Source: Octopus sinensis (taxonomy: Eukaryota). From it: a DNA stretch of 64,000 nucleotides. Below the pieces are notes generated by a model. That model worked only from the letters and a program-made list of their open reading frames with translations, was not told where the DNA came from and searched no databases. Position 1 is the stretch's first letter, and each line of letters opens with the position of its first letter. The translations under genes were made by a program, and so were the position numbers. The stretch covers positions 152,892,001 through 152,956,000 of the forward strand of contig NC_042998.1 in the NCBI RefSeq assembly GCF_006345805.1, given 5' to 3'. This document shows positions 1-12,199 of the stretch, piece by piece.

Positions 1-1311
1 TGGGATGTCCACTAAAGCTGCTGAGGATCATCAAATCTTTCCATGATGATATGCAAGGCACCATACAGCACAATGGTTCAACATCAGCCGCCTTCCAAAT
101 TAAAAATGGGGTAAAGCAAGGTTGTGTCCTTGTTCCTGCATTATTTGGCATCTTCTTCTCGCTACTGCTGTCACATGCCTTTGAAACATCAGACGATGGA
201 GTGTTTCTGCACAGTAGAACTGACAGGGAACTGTTCAATCTCTCGCGTCTGCATGCCAAGACCAAAATCAGAAGCGTCTTAATCAAGGAGATGCTATTTG
301 CTGATGATGTCGCTCTGGTATCACACACACAAGAAGCCCTACAAAGGCTCATCAACTGTTTTGAGCAAGCATGTAGCAACTTTGGCTTAGTTATCAGCCT
401 CAAGAAGACCAACATAATTTGGGTCAGGCTACATCGGATATCCCAAACATACATATTGGAGACAACAGACTACAGGAGGTGGAGAAGTTTACCTATCTTG
501 GCTCTACCATCACCTACAACCTATCCTTTGATGCTGAGCTCAATATACGCATTGGCAAGGTAGCTGCTGTGATGGCCCAATTCTCCAAATGGGCATGGGA
601 CAACAATAAGCTGACCATGACCACAAAAATGAAGATTTACCAGGCATGTGTACTTAGCACTCTACTGTATTGAAGTGAGAATTGGACGCCATACACACGC
701 CAAGAGCGTCGCCTAAATATCTTTCACCTGCACTGCCTCCGGAAAATCCTTCACATCAAATGGCAGAATCATGTCCCCAACAAAGATGTTCTCAAACAAG
801 CAGGAATACCAAGCATGTTTGCACTCCTCACACAAAGACGTATGAGATGGCTTGGACCTGTTAGCCATATGGAAGATGGCAGAATCCCCAAGGACATACT
901 CCTCGGAGAGCTTGCTAGGGACACTAGGTCTGTTGGAAGACTGTTCTTACAATACAAGGATGTTTGCAAAAGGGACATGAATGCTTGCAACATCAATATT
1001 AGCGGTTGGGAGGCAGTTGCCAGCAACCGTGGAGATTGGTGACGTACCGTAAAAGAGGGAACACAAAGGTGTGATATAGAGAGAGAGGAGAAATGGAAAG
1101 ACAAGAAAAGACGTCAACAAGAAACTATGATATTACAACCAGCCAAGCAAAGTCTTTGCTACATTTGTGGCACCTGCCAGACGGAGTGTTTGTCCAGGAT
1201 AGGACTACACAGCCACAGCAGATGTATTAGGACATGAAATGTAAAAGCCGGACTAGATTATTTTATGCGCAACTCCATTGTCTCCCGAGACAAAAAGGAT
1301 GCCAACAACAA
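1..1311 (+). mobile_element. RTE-clade (BovB-like) LINE, 3' part, frameshifted
   Basis: RT motifs GVKQGCVL and LFADD. C-terminal CGTC..SRIGLHSH finger, stop at 1235-1237, 3' tail ccattgtctcccgagacaaaaaggatgccaacaaca. Extends past the window start. Confidence 0.9.
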
Positions 1312-1319
1312 TATATATG

Positions 1320-1510
1320 GATTTCGTAGACAGGAACTGAAACAAATCAATTGTATATATATGTATATATGTAAGTGTATGTGTGTGTCTTTGTCTCTGT
1401 GTTTCACCCTCATCACTGCTTCATAACTGCTGTTCATTTATTTACATCTACATAACATACTGGTTTCACAAGAACAAACTAATAAAATAAGTACCATGCT
1501 TATCAACAAA
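1320..1510 (+). mobile_element. Degenerate 3' half of tRNA-derived SINE
   Basis: Diverged match to the SINE at 16031-16424 (gtagacaggaactgaaa...aataagtacca). Confidence 0.5.
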
Positions 1511-1611
1511 AAAAAGCACTAGGCTGTGTCTCATATTTTGGTTTGCCCACTCAGTTGTATCTATCAATTTATCTTTGTATGTGTTTGTGTGTATATCTAT
1601 CTATCTATCTA

Positions 1612-1648
<37 letters not shown>

Positions 1649-2853
1649 CCCTAATGGGAGCCTTAACTCCTAAATTTTAGTCATTTCTTTTATGATCCAA
1701 AACTAGGTCAAAGGTAATAAATGGATCTTTATGAAATTTGGAAATTATATTCTATGCATAAGGGCCATAACCCCCATGACAATTCATATATTTTTGCTGT
1801 TGATGAAATTTTAACCATAGATATTAGACACAAATGAAGTAATATTTATAAAATTTCATCTTCTTACAAGTTAGAAAGACCCCTCCATGGGGACTTAACA
1901 CCCACAATTTTGTCATTTTATCTAAGCAAAGACGAATACAGTTGTGCTCTTGGAAGCTGTAGGGTTACCCGAGCATAAAAGTTGGGCATTATTTCTAATT
2001 CAATGGTACAACAGTCCAACAGTTTGTTTTGACATACACTTACATTGCAGACCTCCTTTCCGTCATTTTATTATCACTGGGTCACACATAGTCCCCAGAT
2101 GGTAACATTGATTTCAAGGCCTTCCCAGATGAGTGACTGGTTATTCAAAGACATTTATACATTATAAATTTATTCTGTCCAGTTACGTATCAGTACAGTG
2201 GTCATTTGCAAACTCCAGAGGTGACACTTTAATTTCTCCTCAGCCCTCATGTCACACAGCTGTTAATGTTGATTTCAGTTGGGTTACGCCCTTCCAATTG
2301 CTATAGATTCGTAATGCATCTTACGGCTGTGCCTGTCACCTGAATGGTGAGTAATCCTACATTGGGGATGGTAACGACTAGGGCAGGGTAACTGACTGCT
2401 TATTGTGATTATTTGTCTTTTGGTTTCCTGTAGCTTTGCTCTTTTACAAACCCAGTGAACATATATTTCCTATTTCAAAGAAATTCAAACAATAGACCCA
2501 AGTTAAAAAGATTCTCAACAATTCAACTTCTCTGGTTGACATTAACATGCCCAGCTCCTACAGGGGCCTTAACTCTCACATTTTAGAGCTCCATGACCTT
2601 CATTTTTCAGGAGCAAAATCTTTTTAACAAGTTCAATAAGACTGGAATTTTGGAATATGCGCATAAAAATCAGTAGTATGGGATACATGTGGCATGATTA
2701 AAATTTTTTTAGGGTGTGTAAAGAGGGAAATAACACACATCTGCAATTTTGATGAAATTTAAAACAGATATTCCAGTTCATTACAGAAAATATAACAGAA
2801 AAGTCTAATTCTTCAATTGAATGTAACCGGGCAACGCCGGGTATGTCTGCTAG
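1612..2853 (+). mobile_element. Non-autonomous Helitron
   Basis: 5' A|TCTATATA..AAAACACC; 3' hairpin accgg-gcaacg-ccggg, then CTAG|T at 2850-2854. Internal repeated blocks (ccttaact.., gatgaaattt). Confidence 0.75.
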
Positions 2854-3913
2854 TATATATATTAAGTATGATTGAGCAAACTGTAGTATGATACTGCATC
2901 AGCAACAATAATAATAATTAGCATGTAATTAAATTACAATCATTTAATTAATTTCAGGATTTGTACTTATACTTTTTCATAGGACAACTAGGCTGAATGT
3001 ATTTAGGAATGTTTAGCCAATTACTGTTTATTTGTCTAGTGGGCACTTCTTGGGTACTATGGTTGTTAGCTCAGAAATCAGACTTTGTATTATAATTTTC
3101 TGAATGTGGGTCACTGCCTTAACTGTAGTCTCCCTTTAACCGTAGTTTACACCCTTATCTCCTTCCCTATTCCTTTTCCTACTATTTAATTTCCTTTCTT
3201 TCTCTACTAATTTCACACTCCTGTTTTATAAAGCATTTGTCTTATTTTTTCACCCCCAACCGCCTTAATTCACAACTGTCCAATCTCTAGGTTTTAATGA
3301 CATTGTGGGCATTGTTCATTCCTTCGCATGGGGCTTATTTACATGTTTGTTTTCTATTAACAATGTCCTAAGTAGGTTTTGGGCCACTTACAACATATAC
3401 TAATTCTCCACAATTTTATTTTTATTTATTAATCTATTTACATCTACCTGTATAATGATCTTAATAGCTTGCCCTTTGTTTTTAAATTTAACTGATATTG
3501 AAAGTTGGACTTTGGTCAATCCCATTATGGGCAACAGGAGGTTGGGCTTTACAACATATCAGTAAGTAAATAATTGTAATTAATTGATGGGCATTTTATT
3601 AGGATAAACTATTAATTAGTACTAAGAACTATTATGATTATTTAAGAACTATTATGATTACTTTAAAATGCTTTGGCACTATCACTCCATCTTTTTCTAG
3701 ACCTATTGGTGTACCTCGTTATGGTAAATATTTCATTTTGCATTTTTTATTACCTATACACTCTGTTATTCCCACCAATTAATATTTCAAGTTGAGTCAT
3801 TTACTAAACACACTCAAGAGATACATATGCAAAATGGTACAATTTAAATATATTAAGCCCTTCATCTTCTCGAGGCTCTTCTTTTCTTTTCAATTCTTTC
3901 ATAAATTTTTTTT

Positions 3914-4030
3914 CACTCTGATGAAGCTCCATGTTCCAGATCAGATGTGTTACCAAACAGGATAAATATTATTTTCAGAATTTTCAATGGCAATACCATG
4001 AAACATTGGAAGCAGAAACAGCTGTACAAT
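3914..4030 (+). ncRNA. Hammerhead-like motif (Penelope type) with long helix II
   Basis: CTGATGA 3918-3924; helix II gctccatgtt/aacattggaagc; GAAAC 4015-4019, palindromic AGCT, GTA. Helix I is poorly formed. Confidence 0.5.
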
Positions 4031-4075
4031 GTGTGTGAGTGTATATATATATGTGTGTATATATGTATATATATA

Positions 4076-4127
<52 letters not shown>

Positions 4128-4137
4128 ATAATATATC

Positions 4138-4235
4138 ATCATCATCATCATCATCATCGTTTAGCATCCGTTTTCCATGCTAGCATGGGTTGGACGGTTC
4201 TACTGGGGTCTGTGAAGCCAGAAGGCTTCATCAGG
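4138..4235 (-). mobile_element. RTE 3'-UTR fragment with (GAT)n tail
   Basis: Matches the terminal ~100 nt of the RTE copies at 12200-15350 and 48477-50669. Confidence 0.85.
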
Positions 4236-4238
4236 CCA

Positions 4239-4276
<38 letters not shown>

Positions 4277-4344
4277 ATATATATATATGTGTGTGTGTGT
4301 GTGTATATATATATGTGTGTGTGGTGTATATATATATATATATA

Positions 4345-4542
<198 letters not shown>

Positions 4543-4611
4543 TAAAATTAATTAAGGGTAGAAATTGATATTTATCAATTAAGACCAGTGGTCTAGCATA
4601 TTTATAACGGA

Positions 4612-4676
4612 CCATGCTGATGATGGCTGCAGTTTTCCTTGCGGAAAATAACAGCTGAAACTAATTTAGTACATGG
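4612..4676 (+). ncRNA. Type I hammerhead ribozyme
   Basis: Helix I CCATG/CATGG perfect; core CTGATGA 4617-4623; helix II ggctg..ttttcc-ttgc-ggaaaa..cagct; GAAA 4657-4660; helix III ACTA/TAGT; GTA triplet 4669-4671. One extra U precedes helix II. Confidence 0.72.
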
Positions 4677-4845
4677 GTAATTATTTTATTTCGTATATTT
4701 TTCACTTGTTTATTGCTATGGTTTTGTGTTGAGTTTGATCTGAGAACATAATCTTTTGTGGTGAATGGCGATTTGATGTCTATATCTAGTATGTTGACTG
4801 TCCACTTTTCGTGTTCAGTCCTTAATTGGTATATATATATATATA

Positions 4846-5231
4846 CTAGCAGTATCGCCCGGCGTTGCTCTGGTTTGTAAGGGAAATAACTATAAAGCAT
4901 TTTTAGAGAGTTATAGCCAAAAAATAGCCAAAAAATGGAAAAAAACATGGTAACTTTTTTTTGAGAGTAAAAAAAGGTGGAGTTGCGTCCCCTAGACAGT
5001 TCGCGGTTTGTGTTTCTGATTCTCGACCCCATGTCGAATTTATCGATTTTTTTCAGAACTGGGGGAACTTTTCAAAATTTTCGCTGCGTTAGTTTTGAAT
5101 TATGACATTGGGCTATGTGCGTGTCAAGTTTCATCAGAATCGGTTGAAAGCCGTGGTCAGGGTGAGGGTACAAGCAAACAGACACACAGAAACACGCACA
5201 GACAAACTGCCGTTTATATATAGAGAGAAGA
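4846..5231 (-). mobile_element. Non-autonomous Helitron (~386 bp)
   Basis: Minus strand: 5' A|TCTTCTCTCTATATATAAACGG; 3' hairpin ccagag-caacg-ccgggc, then CTAG|T. Flanked by (TA)n. Confidence 0.85.
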
Positions 5232-5657
<426 letters not shown>

Positions 5658-5659
5658 TT

Positions 5660-6100
5660 CATCTCTCTCTATTTAAATGCCTCGGATTTTACCGAAAAAA
5701 GCATAGTGTTTACTGATTTTAACCCACGCTGGGGTGGAAAGGGGAGAGCAGAAATTCTTTGCTTGCATATTTGAGTTTGCTGGCACTGTTAGTTTCGAGC
5801 AGATCTTCAGAAGCGATAAGAAGCCGAAAGGGTATGCTCCCACTTTCAGTGTTTTCAAATCCAAACCAGGGAGTTCTGAGCTGATGATAGAAGTGTCGAG
5901 TTTGACTAATCTTGAAACGTACGTTCTCAAATAACCTTTGCATTTGATTTTTTAATGTCTCTACCCCCATACTTTCGTGAGTTGAATTGAGCAAACACTA
6001 TATGAGAGAGGTTTTCTTTAAGTATTAGAAATAGTTTTAAAAAAAGTTTTTTTTAGCTGCTATTTCTAATGAGTTCAGTATGCGGCAAAGTAATTTATTT
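5660..6100 (-). mobile_element. Possible N-terminal ORF fragment of a Penelope-like element
   Basis: WFGFENT..LIASEDLLE followed, after a frameshift, by ISKHYAFFGKIRGI. This resembles the FGF..EEDL..ADKTRNIY pattern upstream of PLE RT. Weak. Confidence 0.35.
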
Positions 6101-6159
6101 TACTAAGCCCTTTTATATAATGTAATAATTTATATATATATATATATATGTGTATCATC

Positions 6160-6335
6160 ATCATCATCACCATCGTTTAGCGTCCGTTTTCCATGCTAGC
6201 ATGGGTTGGACGGTTCAACTGGGGTCTGAGAAGCCAGAAGGCTGCGCCAGGCCCAGTCTGATCTGGCAATGTTTCTACGGCTGGATGCCCTTCCTAACGC
6301 CAACCACTCCGCGAGTGTAGTGGGTGCTTTTTACA
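6160..6335 (-). mobile_element. RTE 3'-UTR fragment
   Basis: catcatcgtttagcgtccg...ggatgcccttcctaacgccaacc block. Confidence 0.85.
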
Positions 6336-6406
6336 TGCCAATATATGTATGTATGTTTATATTTATTTACATATATATGTATATGCATACATATATTAAT
6401 GTATAT

Positions 6407-9400
6407 ATGATGGCTGTCCACTCGTGACCGAGGAAGACCGTTGCCGACCTTCAAGAATGTTGTGCGCTCTAGGACTAACTTATATATTGCATTTGCGGCT
6501 CCGTTGGTGGCTAATGAGCCCTGCTCTTGACAAGCACACACGACTGCAAACATTGCAGACCAAGCTTTCCCCATTCACTATATGAGCCATGCACTTTCGT
6601 ACAGCTCACTTAAGTTCTTCATGCTGGATACATGCTCTCTCAAAAGTGTCGATCCCCTCCTTAACCTGCTTCCACCATCTGGAGCGATGACAGGCATTGT
6701 TCTCCCAGTCAGTGTCCTGCATAACATAGGCCTTTATTGAGGACTTGACACAGTCCTTAAATCACAGCCTTGGTTTCTGCCGGAGTCTCCTTCCATTCAC
6801 AAGTTCTCCATAGAGCATCTGCTTAGGAATCCTGCTATCCTTCATTCTAATAAGGTGTCCAGTCCAATGTAACTTGTGCTTGTGCACCATCGCCCCAATA
6901 CTCAAGATATCAGCTGTTCTCAGGACCTGTGTATCTGGAATTTTTGAGGTCCAGCTAACATTGAGAATGTGTTTGAAACATCTCTGATGAAAGCGTTCAA
7001 GGACCCTTACCTGACATTTGTACAGAGTCCATGTCTCACATGAATAGAGGAGCGATGTCAGTACACATGCACGGTACACGGCAACTTTTGTTCTCCTTGC
7101 GATGCCTTGTTGGGACCAGACACAAGACTGAAGAGATATTTCAACCTGAAAGATATTTCCTCATCCAGGGAGCAACAAAGGCTGCGTGTGCTGCCCAGGT
7201 AGACAAACTTGTCTTCTACCTTCAGAATTGTTCCTTCAACCAAGATAGCTGGTTCCATATATGGATTTCCTGGTGCAGGCTGGAACATTACAACAGTCTT
7301 GTCCAGGCTAATACTGAGTCCAAATGCCCTGCAAGAAGCAGAAATGCAATTCATGAGTATTTGCATGTCATCCACTGTATGAGTGACTAAGTCACAGTCA
7401 ACTGCATAAAGGAGGTCACGAATAATAGACTGGGAAACCTTTGAATTGGCAGCAAATCGGCGAAGATTAAAGAGGCGACCAGAAGATCGATATCTGACAT
7501 ATATTCCCAGAGAGCTAACCTTAGCAAAAGCATGAGTAAAAGCAGCAGCAAAGTACAAAGAAAAAAGAGTTGGGGCAAGGATGTCACTCTTGACACCATT
7601 CTCTACGGGAATGGGTCCCACCAACATTGACCCAAGCCTCCATCCCCTCATGAAATGATTTAATTACAGATACAGAGTGATCCGAACATCCAAGTATTTT
7701 CCATAGAAAGGCCCTATTTACAGTATCGAAGGCCTTTGTTAAATCAATGAATACCTGGACAAGATCCACATTCTGCTCATAGCACTTCTCCTGCATCTGT
7801 CTTGCTGTGAAAATCATATCCATTGTCCTTCTACCAGATCGGAAGCCACATTGAGATTCAGATAGGACATCATTTACGAGACACCTATTCAGACAGGTAA
7901 GAAGAATATTTGTCAGAACCATGCCTGCAGCTGATAGTAGAGCAATACCTCTGTAGTTACCACACATTATTCTGGCTGCTTTTCCTTTATATAGAGAAAG
8001 AATAATTGCATCCTTCCAGTCCTTAGGGATTGCACCATCCCTCCAGACTGCACTAATAAGTTCATGAAGGGACTGTGTGATGTAATTACCACCAAATCGC
8101 AAGACCTCAGCACAAATTCCATCCTTTCCAGGTGCCCTACCAAGATCCAATTTACTTATTGATGTCATTACTTCATCTATTGAGGGCGGGGAGTCTAAGG
8201 AGCCAATGATAGGTCTTTGTTGCATAGTATCAATCACTGTCTCATGGTTTAGGAGTTCAGAGAAGTGTTCGATCCAGCGACCTGTGATTTCTGTTGATTT
8301 AGTAAACAGAGTGGAAGACTCCTTGGAAAGCAAAGGAGCTGATGTGGAGCTCTTAGGTCCATAAGCTCACTTCATAAGATGGTAAAGCTTCTTGCTGTCA
8401 TTTGCATCAGCAGTAGCCTGAACATCATGAGCAAGATCCCCCCACCAAGTGTTCTGCATCTTCCTGAGAGATCGCTTCAGTAGTGATTTTACAAAATGAG
8501 TGCTTGCAATGTAAAGTCCATGTTCTTCGCAAAGCTCCAGTAGCATGAGACCGTTGCTATTGATTTTCCCTACTCCAAAACGTCCTAGAGAGTTCCATGT
8601 TTACCAGTCTGTTCCAACCCTGGCATTAAAATCCCCCAGTAGAATGACTTTATCAGAATTGGGGATTTTTCTAAGTATGGCTCTCAGCTGGATATAAAAG
8701 ATTGTTTTATCTTCATCACAGCTAGTCAAAGTAGGTCCATAGGCACTTATTGGAGTAGCAAACCGCTTACCTTTCAAGTGCAACCATAGCGTCATTATAC
8801 GTTCATTTATAGGAACAGGGAGCTCTTCCAACTTCTTAAGGATATCTGATCGGACTGCAAAACCAACACCAGCCTCTCTGCGCCCCTCCTTCTGCCTTCC
8901 TTTCCAAAAAAAGGTGTATCCACCTCCTACCTCCTCAAGCTGACCATCACCTTCTATACGAGTCTCTGAGAGTGCAGCTATATCAATTTTATAATGGTTC
9001 AGCACACGAGCAACAAGTGCAGTGCATCTTTCAGGCCTGCAATCACTCTTGTTGTTCAACAGAGTGCGCACGTTCCAACATGAAATGTTTAAGTTCTGTC
9101 CAGATTTTATAGATAAAAGACTCTTTGTTTTTCAAGTGCAGGGTGGACATCCGTTGGTCACACTCAACTGACCAAATATGGAAAGACAGGCAATTTTTGG
9201 TTCACCTTTTCTAGAACCTCCCCGGTCTCCGGGTGAACAGTGCCCTCTCCAAATGGAGCTGCTCAGACACCCATGCAGCAACCGAATCCTAGTGCTGTCT
9301 TGGACGACAACGAGACGATTTTATATCTAGCATGGGCCGCCTACATGCAGGTCGCCGACTACATGCTTCCAACTCGTCAGGTCTGCATGCTTCACCACCT

Positions 9401-9855
9401 TCCCATCGCCACAGGACTTCCGAATAAAAAAAAAATGAAGAAAATATATACTAAAAATAAGATAAATATATACTAAAAATAAGATAAATATATATATATG
9501 TATAAAAAAAATGCACATATCGAGCAGAGGTTAGCAATGCCTCTGCAGAGTTTTAGGTCCAATAAGGCTTGCACAACACCTCATAGACCCTCTCCACTTT
9601 ATTGGCATTATCCAGAGACAAGCCGGAGCAAGATGTCTGGTGGCAATATGAGTCGCAGGCTCAGGGATGTGGGAGTGCCGTGATCTCTAGCACAAACCAA
9701 AGATCCCCAAAATGTCCAATGCCATTCCCTGCAAATCTGGTTTTATATCAGAGTAACCTTCTCCTAGAGACATGCTTTAACAAAAGCTGAGGGGCGCCTC
9801 ACTCCCAGTGGCCTTTGAGCATGCTGGACACCATCCCGGAATTTCTGCGTGCGTG
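6407..9855 (-). mobile_element. RTE LINE, internally deleted family, copy A
   Basis: APE (WNVRTL, ALSETR, GDFNARVG), RT (QCGFRSGR, FIDLTKAFD, LYAVD), C-terminal CNVC..GLISH finger, (CAT)n tail. Multiple frameshifts. Confidence 0.92.
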
Positions 9856-9904
9856 TATAATGTATATATATATATATATATATATATGCATACATATATT
9901 AATG

Positions 9905-9938
<34 letters not shown>

Positions 9939-11087
9939 TATATACATATATATATATGTGTGTGTGTGTATATACTTGTGTATATGTGGGCATGTATTTG
10001 CATATATATTTTAGTATATTTGTATGCGTATCTATATGTGTGTATATTTGTATGCATGTTTTGTGCTTATGTAGATATACATATAATTTCATGTGTGTTT
10101 TTGTGTTCATTGCGTAAGCTACACAGAGTATCTAACTGTCCTGAGATACTTTTAAACGCAATGATGTAACACTCTCTATCCTTAACTATTTTACCTTTCT
10201 CTCTCTAATTTTCTGTTTCTCTTTCTTTTATTTCTTTTTCTTTTTTTTCTTTTCCACTGTTTTCTTCCTCCCCATCATACTGATTTTTTCTTTCTCTTTC
10301 TTTCGCCTGTAACAAATAAATTGTATAAGCACACGCCAGGAGATTTTGTGCATGTGTGTGCATATATATATATGCATTTGTATATATATTGATATCTTGC
10401 CTATATATGTCTGTATATATATGTAGCTATGTATATGTGTCTGTATGTTTAGTGTATATACGTATATTATAGATGGTTTGGTATGTGCATATACTGTTAA
10501 ATGTATATGTAATCCAACGTGAAAATTTTTTCTTAAATGGATATAACATTTAATGTATTAATTCCTTAAATCCTTAAAAATGTTCCAGCCTGAAGGCTGC
10601 GGCCATGCTGGGGCACCACCGCTGAATTGATTAATATTTTACAAATAATCATTTACCCTGGGTATTCAGGCTCTGCCCTTCTTTATAAGCTATTTTCGAT
10701 TTAAGGTTTTCTTCAATCTTTTAAATAAGATGATGTTTTTATACTGCAATTAGTTCATTGCATGCAACCAACATAAAAAAGACCGTTAGTTGAAAGGACC
10801 AATGAAACAAAACTATTTTCAAATGTGTATCTATTAAACTAATTGTATATTTTTGTATATAATTTTATTTTTGTTCCATTCTAAACAAAACTGTCCAATG
10901 AACAAGAGTGTAAAACTCTGAGTAACAGTTTTTGTGATATTTTTGCTGCTTTTTAATAAAGTGTGTGTATATATATATATATATATATGCATATACATGT
11001 ATATGCATATACATATATATATATATACATATATATATGCATATGCATATGCATATACATATATATGCATATACATATATATAGGCA

Positions 11088-11853
11088 TATCATCATCAAC
11101 ATTTAATGGCCACTTTCCATGCTAGCATGGGTTGGACGATTTGACTGAGGGCTGGCGAACCAGATGGTTGCACCAGTCTCCAATCTTGATTTGGCAGAGT
11201 TTCTACAGCTGGATGCCCTTCCCAACGCCAACCACTCCGAGGGTGTAGTGGGTGCTCTTTACGTGCCACTGGCACGGGGGCCAGTCAGGCGGTACTGGCA
11301 ACGACCTCGCTCGAATCCTTTTACACATGCCACCAGCACAGGTGTCAGTAAGGCGACGTTGGTAATGATCACGCTTGAATGGTGTCCTTTTACGTGCCAC
11401 TGGCATGGAAGCCAGTTGGCTGCTCTGGCAACGATCACACTCGGATGGTGCTCTTGGCACCCTACTAGCACGGGCACAAGTGTCAGTAAGGCGACGCTGT
11501 TAATGATCACGCTCGAATGGTGCCCTTTAAATGTCACTGGCATGAAAGCCGGTTAGCTGCTCTGTCAATGATCATGCTCGTATGGTGCTCTTTGCACCCT
11601 GCCAGCATGGATGCCAGTCATCGATTTTGCTTTTGATTGATTTGATTTGATTTCATTTCATTTGATTTCACTTGCCTCAACAGGTCATCGCAAGCAGAGT
11701 TTTTGTGACCAAAGAAGGAAAACGTTACGTACAAGTGGGCTGGTTACGCCCCTGGCATAGGCCATGAAATTATGGTTTCATTTGGCTTGCCGGGTCTTGT
11801 CGTGCACAGCATATTTCCAAAGGTCTCGGTCACTTGTCATTTCCTTGGTGAGG
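11088..11853 (-). mobile_element. 5'-truncated RTE (ORF end + 3' UTR with VNTR)
   Basis: [21 protein letters not shown] end, ~60 bp tandem units, (GAT)n tail. Confidence 0.85.
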
Positions 11854-12011
11854 CCTAATATATGCACATACATATATATATACATATATATATATATATA
11901 GACATATATATATACATATATACACATATATATATACACATATATATATACACATATATATATATACACATATATATATACACATATATATATATACATA
12001 CATATATATAC

Positions 12012-12059
<48 letters not shown>

Positions 12060-12199
12060 CATATATATATATATATATACTTATATATACATATATATAT
12101 ATATACACATATTATATATATATACATATATATATATAAATATATATATATACAGATATATATATACATATATATATACATATATATACACATATATAT

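Noticed and set aside
10657-10720. Next kinase exon candidate (IEENLKSKIAYKEGQSLNTQ|GTAAAT)
   Set aside because: The acceptor is weak, and the phase needed after exon 28265-28330 hits a stop.
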